Below, piece after piece: positions 60,767 to 64,000 of a DNA stretch of 64,000 bases (position 1 is its first letter; every line of letters begins with the position of its first letter). The stretch lies in the NCBI GenBank assembly GCA_035063585.1, contig JAPSGB010000024.1:13585-77584 (forward strand), read 5' to 3'. The position numbers and the translations under genes were made by a program. The notes below the pieces were generated by a model. The model had not been told where the DNA came from, ran no database searches, and worked only from the letters and a program-made list of their open reading frames with translations. The DNA is from Polyangiaceae bacterium (lineage in GTDB: Bacteria > Myxococcota_A > Polyangia > Polyangiales > Polyangiaceae).

Positions 60767-62212
60767 ATGGCCGAGCTCGACCCTCCGGTGCCCGTGAGCC
60801 GGCGCTCCGCGCCGAGCTCGGAGCCGGCGCCCTCGAGCACCTTCGACGGGGAGGACTTCCTCTTCCACCTCTATCGTGGCAGCGAGCTCCTGCAGGACGA
60901 CTGCGTGAGCGAGGCCAAGGAAGAGCTCGAGCGCGCGCTCGCCATGCAGCCCCGCGACGTCGAGGGTCAGGGCCTGCTCGGCGTGGTGTACTTTCGGCTC
61001 GGGCTCTATCCGCGCGCCATCCAGATCTTCGAGGAGCTGGCGCGCTCGTGCCCGAGCGAGATCACGCCCAAGGTGAACCTCGCGCTCTCGTACCTGAAGA
61101 CCGGCCAGCTCGCCCAGTCGCGCGAGCTGCTCGAGGAGGTGATCCGCATCGAGCCGGCTCACAAGCGCGCCTGGGGCTACCTCGGGCTCGTGTTCGAGCG
61201 GCTGGGCGACCGCGCGAAGGCTCAGGCCTCGTTCGAGCGCGCCGGGCAGGAGCAGATGGCGCGGCGCATGGCGGCGCCGCTCGCGGACGAGAGCTCGCCG
61301 GCCTCGCTCATCGAGGAGCCGCCCCACGAGCGCGCGCTGGTCCGCGAGGCGGCCGCGGACGCGGCCCTCGCGCTCGAACGGGGCGCGGACGCCTTCACCG
61401 CGGCCACCGACGCCAGCGGCGCGGACGACGAGGCGTCCCCTCCGTCGCGCGCCTCCCGCTGGCGCGCCCTCGAGCCCGGCGCGACGGGCGCGCCGCCCCC
61501 GCGCGCGCCGGTGCTGCCGCTCTTGTCGCTCGCGAGCGGTGCGCCCGAGTCGAGCGGTCCGGCGCGCGGGCCCGGCGCGCTCGCGCCGGCGGCGCTCCTT
61601 CGCGAGCAGCGCGTGAGCGCGGGCGCGGCGGGCGCCGCGCTGCTCGCCGACTCGACCAGCGTCGCGCTGCGCGTGGAGTCCGCGGTGGTGGTTCGGCCGG
61701 CGGCGCTCCGCGCGCTCGGGCCCGCGCGCGAGCCGTTCGCGAGCGGACCGGCCATGCGCCGCAGCCGCGGCCGCGAGCTCGACGAACCGCTCGGCGGCGC
61801 GAGCGCGCCCTTCACGCGCCTCGAGGGTGCGGGCCTGGTCGTGCTCGGCGTGACCGACGCGGGCGGCCGGGCGTGGCTCGTGCGCCTCGTCGACGAGCTC
61901 TTCTATCTGCGCGAGGAGCGCCTGCTCGGCTTCGAGGGCACGCTCCGCTACGAGAGCGGCCGCTTGCCCTCGGCGGACGGCGAGGCGGCGGCCGTCCTGC
62001 AGCTCGGCGGGCCGGGCGTGGTCGCGTTCGAGGCGCGCCGGCTCGCCTCGCTCGAGGTCGGCAGGAGCGCGCCGCTCACGGTGCGCGGCCGCGAGGTGGT
62101 CGGTTGGCTCGGCCGGCTCCTGCCGCAGCCGCTCGCGGTGGCGGACGCACCCGGCGGCGCGAGCGGGCTCGTGAGCTTCAGCGGCGACGGCGCGATTCTC
62201 CTCGACGGCTGA
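60767..62212 (+). CDS. TPR protein with C-terminal AIM24-like domain
   Basis: N-terminal TPRs (LLGVVYFRLG, AWGYLGL), linker, then LYLREERLLGFEG.L.YE.G..LGGPG and SFSGDGAIL beta-rich AIM24-like pattern. Confidence 0.72.
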   Translation: MAELDPPVPVSRRSAPSSEPAPSSTFDGEDFLFHLYRGSELLQDDCVSEAKEELERALAMQPRDVEGQGLLGVVYFRLGLYPRAIQIFEELARSCPSEITPKVNLALSYLKTGQLAQSRELLEEVIRIEPAHKRAWGYLGLVFERLGDRAKAQASFERAGQEQMARRMAAPLADESSPASLIEEPPHERALVREAAADAALALERGADAFTAATDASGADDEASPPSRASRWRALEPGATGAPPPRAPVLPLLSLASGAPESSGPARGPGALAPAALLREQRVSAGAAGAALLADSTSVALRVESAVVVRPAALRALGPAREPFASGPAMRRSRGRELDEPLGGASAPFTRLEGAGLVVLGVTDAGGRAWLVRLVDELFYLREERLLGFEGTLRYESGRLPSADGEAAAVLQLGGPGVVAFEARRLASLEVGRSAPLTVRGREVVGWLGRLLPQPLAVADAPGGASGLVSFSGDGAILLDG

Positions 62213-62249
62213 CGCTGCGCGGTTGCCGGGCGGCGCCTCCGGGTCCAGG

Positions 62250-62960
62250 ATGCCGGGCGAAGTGGCCGCCCCACGCCTTCGTCCGCCGCGTTTCCGGCTA
62301 CGCCGTCGCAAGCGCGCGCCCGTCGATCGCGCCGCGCGCGTCGAGCGGCGACGCTCGCTCGCCGACGACGCGCTGAACCTCCCGAACCTCCTCACCATGG
62401 GCCGGATGGCGATCATCCCGGTGGTGCTGTGGCTCCTCTCGAGCGGCGCGCCGAAGGACTGCACGCTCGCCGCGCTCGTCTACTCGGCCGCGGCCATCAC
62501 CGATTTACTCGACGGCTGGCTCGCGCGCCGCATGGGCGTAGTCAGCGTGCTCGGAAAATTCCTCGACCCGCTCGCCGACAAGCTCCTCGTGATGGCCTCG
62601 CTCGTCTGGATGGTGCCGATGGGGCGGATCCCGGCGTGGGCGGTGGTGCTCCTGCTCGCCCGCGAGATCTCAATCACGGCGCTCCGCTCCATCGCGAGCA
62701 GCGAGGGCGTGGTCATCGCCGCCGGCGGCGGCGGAAAGAGCAAGACGGCCCTGCAGATGGTCGGGATCCTCTGCCTGATCCTCGGCTACCCCTACCACCT
62801 CGACCTCGGCGTCATCGATCTCGGCATGGTCGATCTCGTGATCGCCGGGCGCTGGCTCGTGTACGTGTCGCTCGTGTTCTCGCTCACGAGCGCGTTCCAG
62901 TACATCGGGCTCTTCGCGGAGGCGGTCGAGGCCAAGGACCGCCGCGGCAAGAGCGCGTGA
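62250..62960 (+). CDS. pgsA: CDP-diacylglycerol--glycerol-3-phosphate 3-phosphatidyltransferase
   Basis: NLPNLLT, TDLLDGWLARR...S.LGKFLDPLADK, REI.IT.LR, GK.KT..QM. Exact start uncertain. Confidence 0.93.
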   Translation: MPGEVAAPRLRPPRFRLRRRKRAPVDRAARVERRRSLADDALNLPNLLTMGRMAIIPVVLWLLSSGAPKDCTLAALVYSAAAITDLLDGWLARRMGVVSVLGKFLDPLADKLLVMASLVWMVPMGRIPAWAVVLLLAREISITALRSIASSEGVVIAAGGGGKSKTALQMVGILCLILGYPYHLDLGVIDLGMVDLVIAGRWLVYVSLVFSLTSAFQYIGLFAEAVEAKDRRGKSA

Positions 62961-62984
62961 GCCGGCGTTCTCCCGGAGGATCTT

Positions 62985-63004
62985 GCCGGTCCGGCGCGGC
63001 CGGC
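62985..63004 (+). repeat. REP-like dispersed palindrome GCCGGTCCGGCGCGGCCGGC
   Basis: Identical to the copies at 12868 and 40906. Just downstream of pgsA. Confidence 0.7.
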
Positions 63005-63067
63005 GGCGCGCCCGCGCCGTGAGCGGTGGACACGCGCGCCCCGGCCCTGCTAACACTTCCGACGGAA

Positions 63068-63544
63068 ATGGCCCATTTCACCCGCAAGCGCCTGCGTCTC
63101 GCCTTCACCATCCCCGCGTTCGCGCTCCTCTTGGCGACCAGCTGCGGGCTTCAGGGCGAGGGTGAGCGCTGCGACAGCAACGGCAGCGGAGATGGCGACT
63201 GCGGCGGCGCCCTGCTCTGCGTGAAGGCGATCGAGCTGCGGGATCGCAGCGTCGATCGCTGCTGCCCGCCGGCGAACGAGGCGCCGAGCGACAGCCGCTG
63301 CACCCGCTCGACGGGCGGCGGCTCCGGCGGCACGGGCGGCGGCGCGGGCTCGAGCAGCGGCGGCTCCGCGGGCTCGAGTAGCGGCGGCTCCGCGGGCTCG
63401 ACGGGCGGGACGAGCGGCGGCGCGGGCTCGAGCAGCGGCGGCTCCGCGGGCTCGACGGGCGGGACGAGCGGCGGCGCGGGCTCGAGCGGCTCCGCGGGCT
63501 CGAGCGGCTCCGCGGGCTCGAGCGGCGCCGGCGGCAATCCGTGA
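63068..63544 (+). CDS. Small Cys-rich lipoprotein with Gly/Ser low-complexity tail
   Basis: Lipobox ATSC, EGERC..DC..LLC..CCP..C, then GGSAGSS repeats. Confidence 0.75.
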   Translation: MAHFTRKRLRLAFTIPAFALLLATSCGLQGEGERCDSNGSGDGDCGGALLCVKAIELRDRSVDRCCPPANEAPSDSRCTRSTGGGSGGTGGGAGSSSGGSAGSSSGGSAGSTGGTSGGAGSSSGGSAGSTGGTSGGAGSSGSAGSSGSAGSSGAGGNP

Positions 63545-64000
63545 GCGAGGTGAACGTGAGCATGCTCCGGCGCGCCTGGCTCCCTGCCCTCATGATCGCC
63601 GCGGCGTGTCTCGCGCCCTTCGGGTGCAGCTCGAGCGCCGTCGAGGGCGAGGGCTGCGACCGCGGCAACGGCAACGCCGATTGCGAGTCGGGCCTCGTGT
63701 GCGTCGGCCCGCTCGATGTGGCGGCGCACCGCGCGATCTGCTGCCCGGCCGAGCTCTGGCGCCGAACCAGCGGCGCGTGCGCCGCGCCGAGCGCCGGATG
63801 GACGCCCGATCCGTCGGTGGACGCGGCGACCAGCAGCGGCGGGAGCAGCGGAACCGCCGGGGCGTCGGGCAGCGCCGGGGCGTCGGGAAGCGCCGGAGCG
63901 TCGGGAAGCGCCGGAGCGTCGGGAAGCGCCGGAGCGTCGGGAAGCGCCGGAGCGTCGGGAAGCGCCGGAGCGTCGGGAAGCGCCGGAGCGTCGGGAAGCG
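63541..64000 (+). CDS. Second Cys-rich lipoprotein paralogue, truncated by the window end (not in the ORF track)
   Basis: GTG 63541 (overlaps the upstream TGA) or ATG 63562: MLRRAWLPALMIAAACLAPFGCSSSAVEGEGCDRGNGNADCESGLVC..CCP..C then (SAGASG)n. Open to the window end. Confidence 0.75.
   Translation, partial: MSEVNVSMLRRAWLPALMIAAACLAPFGCSSSAVEGEGCDRGNGNADCESGLVCVGPLDVAAHRAICCPAELWRRTSGACAAPSAGWTPDPSVDAATSSGGSSGTAGASGSAGASGSAGASGSAGASGSAGASGSAGASGSAGASGSAGASGS
63870..64000 (+). repeat. 18-bp in-frame tandem repeat (SAGASG), at least 7 copies, runs off the window
   Basis: AGCGCCGGAGCGTCGGGA repeated. Confidence 0.92.

Overview
Very GC-rich bacterial chromosome segment. Gene content (Cys-rich lipoproteins, SUMF1/FGE-fold proteins, VWA lipoprotein, STAND-TPR protein) points to a myxobacterium, probably Polyangiaceae/Sorangiineae-like; this is inference. 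About 52 CDS, mostly core or envelope genes: argC, hisS, ruvX, mltG, tkt, nagZ, glmM, yajQ, folC, accD, dut, bamD, greA, groEL, ilvE, lon, hisB/H/A, pgsA and a Ugp-like ABC importer, plus tRNA-Gln(CTG) and tRNA-Glu(CTC). No transposase, integrase, prophage or CRISPR array was seen. The strongest non-genic signal is a 28-bp XerC/XerD dif site at 40855-40882, with KOPS octamers (GGGNAGGG) pointing toward it from both sides, so the window probably spans the replication terminus. About 12 genes have a TA-initiated -10-like hexamer only 6-8 nt before the start codon, suggesting widespread leaderless mRNAs. A 20-bp REP-like palindrome recurs in intergenic regions. The best candidate for an uncharacterised protein system is a co-oriented block of effector-less STAND-TPR NTPase, DUF2254-like membrane protein, RavA-type AAA+ ATPase lacking an adjacent VWA partner, and dUTPase. 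Most long ORFs in the supplied track are GC-driven shadow frames. All family assignments come from motif recognition, not database searches, and several start codons were re-chosen by eye.
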